Below, one piece after another: positions 6,115-14,464 of a DNA stretch of 25,412 nt. The DNA is from a virus. Taxonomy: Duplodnaviria; Caudoviricetes. The stretch's first letter is position 1; every line of letters starts with the position of its first letter. Under the pieces are notes generated by a model, which was not told the DNA's origin, ran no database searches, and was given only the letters and a program-made list of their open reading frames with translations. The stretch covers positions 1 to 25,412 of IMG/VR virus record IMGVR_UViG_3300005764_000078; one strand, 5' to 3'. The translations under genes and the position numbers were made by a program.

Positions 6115-8940
6115 TTGTCGAAAGTCACCGCTCGGCAAATCCGGCTACTCGCCCCATACCTTGAGGGCGACCACCCGACCCACACGAATACCGATAAGGA
6201 GACCGGAGATACAACTCGTGAATGGAACCTTCATTGCCCGCTCCACGGCGACGAGAGAAGGAGCGCAAGCCTCAACATTGACAAGGGTCTCTTCTGGTGC
6301 GCTCGTTGCGGAGGTATGCCTATCACCGCGCTTCTACGTCGAAAAGATGATTGGGTTCCGTTCTCCCGCAATGGTAGTGTTCCTGATCCTGATCTTGATG
6401 CCTCAGCACCAGACAAGCGGCATAGGATTCTTTCTGATGCCATGGTCGCCGGGTGGCACAGCGCGCTCATGAGCAACGAGGCAGCCCTACGTTGGCTGAA
6501 GGAGCGGCGCGGGCTGAACACAAAGACGCTCGAGAGATATGAGATCGGGATGCAGAATGAGAAGTATTACACGATCCCGATTCGTGACATTGATCGCAGT
6601 ATCTGGAACATACGCTACTACAACCCGAACCCGACCGACGAGCGCCGTAAGATCTGGAGTGAGTCAGGCTACGGCTCCCCTCCCAGGCTATACCCGATGA
6701 GCATCTTTGAGGAAGATCCGGAAGAGATCATCATTGGCGGCGGCGAATGGGACATCCTTCTCACGCTACAGAATGGCTTTGCTGCCATCACCCGTACGGG
6801 GAACGAAGACTTCTGGCTAGCGGAGTGGGGTGAATGGTTCAAGGATCGTATCGTCTACCTCGCCCATGACTGTGATGAGAAGGGGCAGAAAGCTAACCGC
6901 GTGGCAGGGCGCGCACTCCAGCACGTAGCAGATGTGCGCGTCATCCAGCTTCCGTACGCCATCCTACCCAAACACGGCAAGGATCTCACCGACTACCTCC
7001 TTGACCATGAACCGGGCGCACTACGGACTTGTATGGAGGCAGCAGAGCCGTTCCTACGTGCCAAGCCTATACGTGAGACTCACACGGTGAGCGTGCTTGA
7101 TACACAGGATGCTAGGCGCGTAGGCAAGCCGGTGCGGGTGGTGGTGACGGTAAAGGGTCGCAAGGAACCTGGCTACACCATACCGAGCAAGATACGGCTA
7201 GCCTGTACACAGGACGCCGGTACCAAGTGCAACATCTGCCCGATGCGGGCTGTGAATGGTGAGGCCGAAGTAGAGGTTACGCCAGATAGCCCCCTGGTTC
7301 TCAACCTAGTTGAACACACTGCGAATGAAGTATCGAAAGTGATCGCTGATTTCTACGGTGTACCGGGTGGTAAGTGCGTCAAGCTGGTGCAGGAGGTTGA
7401 CGAGTATCAGGCCGTAGAGGTCTTGTTCGCTCGTCCCGCGCTTGACAGCACCGATGGGGCAGATGTTCGTCCGGAAGCAGCGCAGTACAAGACCATCAAG
7501 ATCACGAGCGTAGGACGGCACGATACTCCGCCCAACAACACTGTGTCAATCATCGGTGCGCTACATCCTAACCCCAAGACGCAACATAACGAGTTCCTGG
7601 CGCATGAGCTAGAGCTCCTAGAGACAAGCGTTGATCGCTTTCAACTGAACGCCAATGCTATCAAGCAGATGAAGATCTTTCAGACTCCAAGGAACCCGCT
7701 GTCCAAGCTGCGTAGTATTGCAAGGTCCTTGGCAGAACATGTGACGATGATTCATGGTCGGCCCGCCATGCATATCCTGATGGACCTGACATTCCATAGT
7801 GCCCTCTCCTTCACCTTTGCCGGAGAGCTAGTTGAGCGAGGCTGGCTCGAGAGCCTGGTCGTGGGCGACACAAGGACGGGAAAGTCCTTGGCGGCGCAAC
7901 GGCTGGTGCGACACTACGGCGCGGGTGAGATCATCTCCTGTGAGGCAGCTAGCTTCGCCGGTGTGATCGGTGGTCTACAGCAAATAGGGGGACGGGATTG
8001 GGCAGTCACATGGGGCATCGTGCCCATCAATGACCGCAGGCTGGTCGTGCTTGATGAGATCAGCGGGCTAACGCCTGATCAGATAGCGGCTATGAGTGAC
8101 ATCCGCTCTTCCGGCCGGGCAAAGCTCACCAAGATTGAGCAGGAGGCAACGTGGGCGCGTACGAGACTTTTGTGGTTGGGCAATCCACGTAACGCGACCA
8201 TGGCGAACTATACATGGGGTGTTGACGCAATCAAGCCGCTGATAGGCAACGCCGAGGACATCGCCCGCTTTGATTTGGCCATGGCCGTAACCCTCGGGGA
8301 CGTACCGGCAGAGATCATCAACAAGCGCGTAGAGTCGGGTGAGTTTCGCTACACGAGCGAAGCCTGCCAAACGCTTCTGCGGTGGGTCTGGACGCGCACA
8401 CCGGAGCAGATCATCTTTGGGAAACGAGCAGAAAATGTGGTGTTCAATGCGGCAAATGAGATTGGGAAGTTGTACGTAGAAGATCCCCCACTCATACAGG
8501 CAGCTAACATACGCATCAAGATTGCGCGCGTAGCAGTAGCTATTGCGGCGCGTACATTCAGCACTGACCGCACGCACCAGAAGATCATGGTACTGCCCGA
8601 CCATGTCGGGGCGGCGGTCAAGTTCCTGAACTCTCTATACGGTATGCAAGAATTTGGCTACCGTGAGCGTAGCAAGGATCTAATCGCAGACAGAAGAGAG
8701 GCCGAGAACAACCGCGAGAAGATCTCAGAGTACCTACGGGATCAACCTACGCTCGCAAAGTTTCTACGCAGCGCGGGTAAGTTCCGCCGGCAGGACATTG
8801 AAGAGATCATGCAGATGAGCAGAGAGGAAGCCAATGGCGTAATCTATACGCTGTACCAGAACCGCATGGTCCGAAAGGTGCTCGGTGATGTCGTAGTAGA
8901 GCCGACCCTTCACTCTATACTGAGGGAGCACAAAAGATGA
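6115..8940 (+). CDS. Primase-helicase fusion: CHC2 zinc finger + TOPRIM + MCM-like AAA+ helicase
   Basis: CPLHGD...CARC; TOPRIM GEWD, HDCDEKG, GKDLTDY; second Cys cluster CTQDAGTKCNIC; Walker A VVGDTRTGKS, ASFAGVIGG, Walker B LVVLDE, arginine finger IARFD. TTG start is uncertain. Confidence 0.88.
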   Translation: MSKVTARQIRLLAPYLEGDHPTHTNTDKETGDTTREWNLHCPLHGDERRSASLNIDKGLFWCARCGGMPITALLRRKDDWVPFSRNGSVPDPDLDASAPDKRHRILSDAMVAGWHSALMSNEAALRWLKERRGLNTKTLERYEIGMQNEKYYTIPIRDIDRSIWNIRYYNPNPTDERRKIWSESGYGSPPRLYPMSIFEEDPEEIIIGGGEWDILLTLQNGFAAITRTGNEDFWLAEWGEWFKDRIVYLAHDCDEKGQKANRVAGRALQHVADVRVIQLPYAILPKHGKDLTDYLLDHEPGALRTCMEAAEPFLRAKPIRETHTVSVLDTQDARRVGKPVRVVVTVKGRKEPGYTIPSKIRLACTQDAGTKCNICPMRAVNGEAEVEVTPDSPLVLNLVEHTANEVSKVIADFYGVPGGKCVKLVQEVDEYQAVEVLFARPALDSTDGADVRPEAAQYKTIKITSVGRHDTPPNNTVSIIGALHPNPKTQHNEFLAHELELLETSVDRFQLNANAIKQMKIFQTPRNPLSKLRSIARSLAEHVTMIHGRPAMHILMDLTFHSALSFTFAGELVERGWLESLVVGDTRTGKSLAAQRLVRHYGAGEIISCEAASFAGVIGGLQQIGGRDWAVTWGIVPINDRRLVVLDEISGLTPDQIAAMSDIRSSGRAKLTKIEQEATWARTRLLWLGNPRNATMANYTWGVDAIKPLIGNAEDIARFDLAMAVTLGDVPAEIINKRVESGEFRYTSEACQTLLRWVWTRTPEQIIFGKRAENVVFNAANEIGKLYVEDPPLIQAANIRIKIARVAVAIAARTFSTDRTHQKIMVLPDHVGAAVKFLNSLYGMQEFGYRERSKDLIADRREAENNREKISEYLRDQPTLAKFLRSAGKFRRQDIEEIMQMSREEANGVIYTLYQNRMVRKVLGDVVVEPTLHSILREHKR

Positions 8941-9266
8941 GTGCATTCACGCAGCAAGAGGTAGATGAGTTGTATGCCAACATAGGCCGAAGGGTATCAA
9001 GGCAAGACAACACCCCACACGATGAGCAGGAGATCTCACATCAGATGATCACCTTCTGGGAAGGAATCATCTGGTTGCGTGATACCCTCTACGACCCTGA
9101 TACACACCTTGGTACAGAAGACATCATCAAAGATCGCGGAGCCTTCCTCAAAGATTTGACTGAGGAGAAGGTTCTTCTTGACCCGGAGGCAGCCTTTAAG
9201 AGATTGTGGATCGCCATCGGTAACGTCATGCACCGCAAGCTATTCCCGGAGGAATACGAAGCGTGA
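8937..9266 (+). CDS. Hypothetical protein (109 aa)
   Basis: ATGA overlap and GGGAG upstream; translationally coupled on both sides. Confidence 0.75.
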   Translation: MSAFTQQEVDELYANIGRRVSRQDNTPHDEQEISHQMITFWEGIIWLRDTLYDPDTHLGTEDIIKDRGAFLKDLTEEKVLLDPEAAFKRLWIAIGNVMHRKLFPEEYEA

Positions 9267-10066
9267 AGAACATTGGTGTGCTCGGCTGCGGGCCGACAGG
9301 GTTACTAGTGGCACACGCAATTGAGCAGGCTGGACACGTACCGCACATCATCAGCAAGAAGGAGAAGTCAGACATCCCCGGTAGTCAGCATCTCCACGGG
9401 GCGATACCGGGCCTGACGTCAGAGTACCCAGAGGGTACCATCCAGTTTGTTCGCATCGGGACGGCAAAAGAGTACGCCATGAAGGTGTACCGCGATCCCG
9501 AACGAGAGACCGGCTGGGACCACTACTGGCAGGTGTACCCATCCTGGAATGTCCTGCGTGCGTACGACGAGCTCTGGCGGAGATACGAAGATCAGATTAG
9601 CGATCTGATGATCTTACATGAAGACATGCCCGCATTAATCAGCATGTACGATAGCATCATCAGCACAATCCCGATGTGGGGTCTCTGCCTCAGGCCGGAG
9701 GAGCATGAGTTCCGTAGCCAAGACTATTGGATCAAGCGACTGCCCACCCCCGAAGCTGACAAGGATCACGAGATCGTGGTCTACAACGGACTGCGCTCAG
9801 ATCACTGGTACCGCTGGTCAATTCTGGGCGGGCTGTGCTCGATCGAATCAACAAGCTGGATGGATACTGGCGATCCCGAATGGGAGAAAGGAGTCAAAGC
9901 AATAGACAACAACTGCGACTGCTGGCCAACCGTACACCGTTGCGGCAGGTGGGCAGAGTGGACGCACGGTATCACGATGTACACGAGCTACGTCAAAGCC
10001 ACCCGAATAATGGAGTCTCTCAATGACAAACGACCTCTCGCCGCCACCCGAAGGAACAATCTCTGA
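9263..10066 (+). CDS. FAD/NAD(P)-binding oxidoreductase, Glf (UDP-galactopyranose mutase)/HemY-like architecture
   Basis: GGAGG SD, GTGA overlap; Rossmann motif IGVLGCGPTGLLVAHAI; IISTIP; C-terminal CGRWAEW resembling the GRxAxY/W flavin-contact motif. Confidence 0.75.
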   Translation: MKNIGVLGCGPTGLLVAHAIEQAGHVPHIISKKEKSDIPGSQHLHGAIPGLTSEYPEGTIQFVRIGTAKEYAMKVYRDPERETGWDHYWQVYPSWNVLRAYDELWRRYEDQISDLMILHEDMPALISMYDSIISTIPMWGLCLRPEEHEFRSQDYWIKRLPTPEADKDHEIVVYNGLRSDHWYRWSILGGLCSIESTSWMDTGDPEWEKGVKAIDNNCDCWPTVHRCGRWAEWTHGITMYTSYVKATRIMESLNDKRPLAATRRNNL

Positions 10067-10337
10067 TGCAGACTTCAGAGAGTACATACAGGTCATCAAT
10101 GCTGCGCTCCTCATTCACTACGAGCGCGAGCGTGTCCGGCAGGGTTTGTGGAAAGAGTATGAGGCCAAGGATCAAGTCAACTCGATCAAGATCAAAGCAG
10201 ACCGACTGTCTCGTTCCTTCGAGATCCTCGCTCGCGCAAAGGATCCAGACCTTCGGGAAGAGCTTCTAGAGAACATGGCCGGAGAGCTCTACGACATCAT
10301 CAACTACTCGAACTTCGCGGTAAGGCAGTTGAAATGA
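10023..10337 (+). CDS. Nucleotide modification associated domain 1 (Nmad1/DUF1599)-like, MazG-type helical protein
   Basis: GGAG SD; GLW...IKIKADRL...ELYDIINYS pattern. Confidence 0.7.
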   Translation: MTNDLSPPPEGTISDADFREYIQVINAALLIHYERERVRQGLWKEYEAKDQVNSIKIKADRLSRSFEILARAKDPDLREELLENMAGELYDIINYSNFAVRQLK

Positions 10338-10534
10338 TCGTCAAACTCAAAGGTGCTGAAGGAGGATGGTTCGATCTTCTCTGCGAAGAAGTCGTGATAC
10401 CGCTGGGTGACGAATCTGAATTTATCGCTATCAGCGTGATAAACGAGGATGAGATACTAGTCATCCGTCACAGTAAGGACTATCCTAATGAGGATGAGTG
10501 TGTGTGGTCAGAGATCTTGAGTGAACATGCCTGA
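10334..10534 (+). CDS. Small acidic hypothetical protein (66 aa)
   Basis: ATGA overlap; fills the gap between Nmad1-like gene and dnaE. Confidence 0.65.
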   Translation: MIVKLKGAEGGWFDLLCEEVVIPLGDESEFIAISVINEDEILVIRHSKDYPNEDECVWSEILSEHA

Positions 10535-13500
10535 ACATCACGGCACTGAATTTGTTGACATCCACGTTCCGGTGCACCGGGATGGGCATGGTCACACAAC
10601 CCCGGTCGTCATCCGTAAGATCAAGCGTACGCGACGACTGCCGCAACGTACGAAAGAAATGACTTTCGCGTCTTTGCACCATCACACAACCTTCTCATAC
10701 GGAGACGGTTACGCATTGCCTGAGGCTCACATACGTAGGGCCACAGAGATTGGTCTCAACGCCCTCGCGGTCACCGAACACGGGAACATCTCTAGCCACG
10801 TACAGGCAGAGGTGGCTGCGAAGAAGGCAGGGATCAAGCCCATTTTCGGTGTGGAGCTCTACACCGGAGAGCTAGGAGAGAACGCTACTCAGCGCAAGAA
10901 CCATCTCACGGTCTTGGCTGAAAACGAGCAAGGGTATCAGAACCTATTACAGTTGGTCACCAAGACATACGCGGAGGGATTCTACTATGAGCCCACTGCA
11001 ACTGGTCGCATGCTTCTTGACCATAGTCACGGTCTGGTTGTGCTTTCAGGCTGTCAGGGATCTGCTCTCTTCACTGCTCTCGTGGGTGGCAAACACGTAC
11101 AGGAGGATGAAGCAGGCTATGGCAGAGCGAAAAGAGTGGCGTCTCAGTACAAGCGTGTTCTCGGCGACAGGTACTACATCGAAGTACAAGCCTTTCCTGA
11201 GCTCGAGAAGACGCGTCAGGCGAATCCGCTTCTGGTTCAGATCGCGGAAGAGCTCGGGATACCCTACGTTGTAACATTCGATTGTCATTACACCATGCCG
11301 GAGGAGAAGGAAATACAGAAAATCCTGCACAACCTCCGGCCGGGCGAGAAACGTACAATCGAGGAGATGGCACGTGAGTGGGGATACGACTCCAACCTAT
11401 GTCCTCCGTGGACAGATTCCATGGTCATCCGAAAACTTGTTGGAACAGGTCTTTCGCATCGTCAAGCGATGGCAGCGATACTCACCACGCGGGACGTGGC
11501 AGATCGATGTACAGTTGATCTTCCCTCACTGCCGATGGTTCGCTTTCCCGTGCCACCAGAATACGAAAATAGCATCACGCTCTGGCGAGAGTGGCTCAAA
11601 CGAGGCTGGCATGAGCGCGGTGTAGAAAACCTGTCTATACGCACGCGACGAGAGTACGCCGACCGACTACGACATGAGATGAAGATCATCGAAGACAAGG
11701 ATTTCGTTGACTACTTCCTCGTAGTAGCCGACGCCATTCAGTTCGCAAAGAACCATGACATCGGCGTCGGCCCGGCACGCGGCAGTAGCGCGGGCAGCCT
11801 CGCTTGTTGGCTCCTACGCATCACGGAAGTCAACCCGATGCTGTACCCTGACGACCTCATCTTCGAGCGGTTCATTGATGTGACCCGTCAAGACCTGCCC
11901 GACGTGGATGTTGACTTCAACAGCGAACGCAGAAGCGAAGTATACGAGTACCTGCTCAGCAAGTATGGCGAAGGTAAGGTAGGCAATGTCGGTACGTTCA
12001 CCAAGTACAAGGGTAAGAACAGCCTAGATGACGCGGCTCGGGTCTTCCATGTACCAACATGGGAGATTGACCGTATCAAGGATGTACTCATAGAGAGGAG
12101 CTCGGGTGATCTACGTGCGTCTGCCACGATTGAAGATACGGCTGAGCAGTTCCCACAGGCACGCGAAGTTTTCGAGAAGTATCCAGATTTGGGTGCGGCT
12201 CTCGACCTCGAAGGGAATTACAAAGGGTTCGGGGTCCATTCGGCTGGTCTGGTTGTATCCACTGGGCCACTCACGAACGTCGCCGCAACGTACCAGCGAT
12301 TGGTTAAGGGAGAGATACGCCAAGTCATCTCTATGGACAAGTATGACGCCGAAAAGAAAGGACTCCTCAAGCTAGACTTTCTAGGGCTAACAAACATGAC
12401 GGCCATTGACAACATGCGCAAGGAAATGGGATGGTCTCTCGATGAGCTCTACGACATAGATGTACACGATCCAGAGTTGATCAAGGGATTCGCAGCCAAT
12501 GACGTCATCGGCATCTTCCAGTTTGAAGGGCCAGCCTGCCGCTACGTCAATGGCGCGCTACAGCCTGAGACCTTCAAGCACGTATACGATGTGACTGCCC
12601 TCGCCCGGCCAGGACCGCTTCACAACGGTGCGGCCAACGAGTACATCGACATCAAGTGGGGGCGGAAACCAATCGAGCAGATACACCCTGCGATGAGCAA
12701 CATTTGTGACGCAACCTACGGGCAAGTTGTCTACCAAGAACAGATTCTTCGCATCCTGGGAGAGATAGGGGGATTTGACCATACGCACCGGGCTGAAGTT
12801 CGTCGTATTATCTCACGCAAAATTGGAGAGCAAGAGTTCAACCGAAGGTGGGGAAGATTCCGAGACGGAGCAGTTAGACTCCACCAAATGGAAGAAGATA
12901 TTGCTCGTAAAATCTGGATGACCTGCATCACCGCCGGTGCGTATGCCTTCAACGCGGCGCATGCGGTGTCATACGGTATGATCGCCAGCCATGCGATGTG
13001 GTTCAAACGCTACGAGCCAGAGCTCTTCTACAAGCACATGCTCCGGGTTTCGGCAGACGACCGACAGCGTACACTCCTACGCGATACGCAGCGCAAGGGT
13101 AGAAAGATGACGATCAAGCCGCCTGACCCGAAGAAGAGCAGTGTTACTTGGACGAGCCATAATGGTGACCTCGTAGCAGGCTTCTCACAGGTACCGGGTA
13201 TTGGCGATGTCACCTCACAGAAGATCGTAGAGTACCGCAACGAGAACAGGGTTGAAGAATGGCACGATCTCCTGAAAGTCAGCGGGATCGGGCCGAAGAC
13301 ACTTGAGACAATTACTGAGTTCGTCAATCAGGGTGATGATCCATTCGGCGCGCTCTGGCTAGACCGCGCGATTGCGGCAACCAAGCTAGAGATCAAGAAT
13401 GGTAAGCTACCCGTTCCCAAACCAACGCATCTAGCTGAGGACTTCCCATACGAGCGCGGGCCAATAGACATTGAGTGTGTATGGCTCGGGACACTGTTCA

Positions 13501-13820
13501 GCCGCAACGAACGAGACCTGTTCGAATTTAACCAGGCAAAGGGTGCAGAGCTCGATATGAGTGATCCGAAGCATCCACTACTGAATGGTAAGCCTATCAA
13601 GGATCCACACCTTGACAAATGGGTCGTGATGGTAGGCCATGATGAGAGCGATCAAATTGGCCTCCGAGTAGACCGCTGGCGCTATCCGCGTCTCCGTGAC
13701 CAGGTGTGGAAAATCAGGCCAGGGAAAGACCTCGTCCTGGTCCGAGGAGTCAAGCCGGGGTGGATGCCGACTAGGCAGATCACCATCAGTGAGCTCTGGA
13801 TCATCGATCCGGAGATTTAG
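10527..13820 (+). CDS. dnaE: DNA polymerase III alpha subunit (DnaE-like, family C) with intact PHP domain
   Basis: PHP motifs HHHTTFSYGDG, TEHG, GVELY, SGC, DCHY; GPARGSSAGSL; catalytic PDVDVDF and KLDFLGL; GIFQFE; YAFNAAHA; HhH motifs. Start may be 10521, 10527 or 10659. Confidence 0.96.
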   Translation: MPEHHGTEFVDIHVPVHRDGHGHTTPVVIRKIKRTRRLPQRTKEMTFASLHHHTTFSYGDGYALPEAHIRRATEIGLNALAVTEHGNISSHVQAEVAAKKAGIKPIFGVELYTGELGENATQRKNHLTVLAENEQGYQNLLQLVTKTYAEGFYYEPTATGRMLLDHSHGLVVLSGCQGSALFTALVGGKHVQEDEAGYGRAKRVASQYKRVLGDRYYIEVQAFPELEKTRQANPLLVQIAEELGIPYVVTFDCHYTMPEEKEIQKILHNLRPGEKRTIEEMAREWGYDSNLCPPWTDSMVIRKLVGTGLSHRQAMAAILTTRDVADRCTVDLPSLPMVRFPVPPEYENSITLWREWLKRGWHERGVENLSIRTRREYADRLRHEMKIIEDKDFVDYFLVVADAIQFAKNHDIGVGPARGSSAGSLACWLLRITEVNPMLYPDDLIFERFIDVTRQDLPDVDVDFNSERRSEVYEYLLSKYGEGKVGNVGTFTKYKGKNSLDDAARVFHVPTWEIDRIKDVLIERSSGDLRASATIEDTAEQFPQAREVFEKYPDLGAALDLEGNYKGFGVHSAGLVVSTGPLTNVAATYQRLVKGEIRQVISMDKYDAEKKGLLKLDFLGLTNMTAIDNMRKEMGWSLDELYDIDVHDPELIKGFAANDVIGIFQFEGPACRYVNGALQPETFKHVYDVTALARPGPLHNGAANEYIDIKWGRKPIEQIHPAMSNICDATYGQVVYQEQILRILGEIGGFDHTHRAEVRRIISRKIGEQEFNRRWGRFRDGAVRLHQMEEDIARKIWMTCITAGAYAFNAAHAVSYGMIASHAMWFKRYEPELFYKHMLRVSADDRQRTLLRDTQRKGRKMTIKPPDPKKSSVTWTSHNGDLVAGFSQVPGIGDVTSQKIVEYRNENRVEEWHDLLKVSGIGPKTLETITEFVNQGDDPFGALWLDRAIAATKLEIKNGKLPVPKPTHLAEDFPYERGPIDIECVWLGTLFSRNERDLFEFNQAKGAELDMSDPKHPLLNGKPIKDPHLDKWVVMVGHDESDQIGLRVDRWRYPRLRDQVWKIRPGKDLVLVRGVKPGWMPTRQITISELWIIDPEI

Positions 13821-13831
13821 GAGGGAGGGTA

Positions 13832-13918
13832 ATGAGCGAGGCAGAGACGCCCGAAGGCACGGAAGAGGAGCCAGAGGCAGAAGGCACGGAAGAGGAAAGC
13901 ACGGAAGAGGAAGAGTGA
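13832..13918 (+). CDS. 28-aa hyperacidic peptide (not in ORF track)
   Basis: Strong SD GGAGGGAGG then ATG at 13832; MSEAETPEGTEEEPEAEGTEEESTEEEE (15 Glu, no basic residue). Confidence 0.6.
   Translation: MSEAETPEGTEEEPEAEGTEEESTEEEE
13857..13911 (+). repeat. Three copies of GCACGGAAGAGGA (encoding TEEE units)
   Basis: Exact 13-mers at 13857, 13884 and 13899. Confidence 0.9.
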
Positions 13919-13930
13919 TCAATGTGGGAC

Positions 13931-14057
13931 GTGCAGCAATGGGTGAAAAGTGACGATGCTCCTGTCATCGTACACAGATCAAGGGCACCGGGTTCCTAGG
14001 CTGGATCCTGTGATCGGGGCTGCACCGGAGCGGCCTGAGGCTGTCGCTCCATTCTGT
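13931..14057 (+). promoter_or_regulatory. Structured 5' leader (riboswitch-like) upstream of rpf-like gene
   Basis: P1 GTGCAGC 13931-13937 / GCTGCAC 14019-14025 enclosing two hairpins, followed by hairpin GGAGCGGC 14027-14034 / GTCGCTCC 14043-14050 and ATTCTGT. Confidence 0.45.
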
Positions 14058-14076
14058 CAACAATCCAAGGAGGGCT

Positions 14077-14442
14077 GTGAAGCTAACGGCCACCATTCTA
14101 GCCGCGTTCTGCGTGGCGTTCATTCTAGGCTCCACCGGAGCCGCCAACGGCAAGACGCATTCGGATTACGTCATGCGGGGTCTGCTTTGCATACACCGCT
14201 ACGAGGGATCCTGGAGAGCGAACACCGGCAACGGATACTACGGTGGTCTGCAGATGGACAGAGAATTCCAGCAGACCTTTGGTTGGATACGTATTCACGG
14301 CTCGCGAATGCAGTTCATTTCGCAGTGGGGGTACGCACACAACTGGCCTGTTTGGGCTCAGTTGCAGACAGGAAGGAACGGGTACAGGGCGCGGGGATGG
14401 TATCCCTGGCCAAACACAGCCCGCATCTGCGGGTTGATCTAA
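14077..14442 (+). CDS. Secreted resuscitation-promoting factor (Rpf)-like lytic transglycosylase
   Basis: AAGGAGGG SD; signal peptide MKLTATILAAFCVAFILGSTGAANG; CIHRYEGSWRANTGNGYYGGLQM with catalytic Glu; Q...GWYPWP...CG. Confidence 0.88.
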   Translation: MKLTATILAAFCVAFILGSTGAANGKTHSDYVMRGLLCIHRYEGSWRANTGNGYYGGLQMDREFQQTFGWIRIHGSRMQFISQWGYAHNWPVWAQLQTGRNGYRARGWYPWPNTARICGLI

Positions 14443-14464
14443 ATCATCTACCGAGAGGGAGCAA

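Noticed and set aside
10527-13820. Intein or intron in dnaE or the primase-helicase
   Set aside because: Frames are continuous, lengths are normal, and no intein splice motifs or homing endonuclease insert were seen.
13931-14057. Canonical c-di-AMP (ydaO) riboswitch
   Set aside because: Context fits, but the conserved segments I recall for this family are not recognisable; kept only as an unassigned structured leader.
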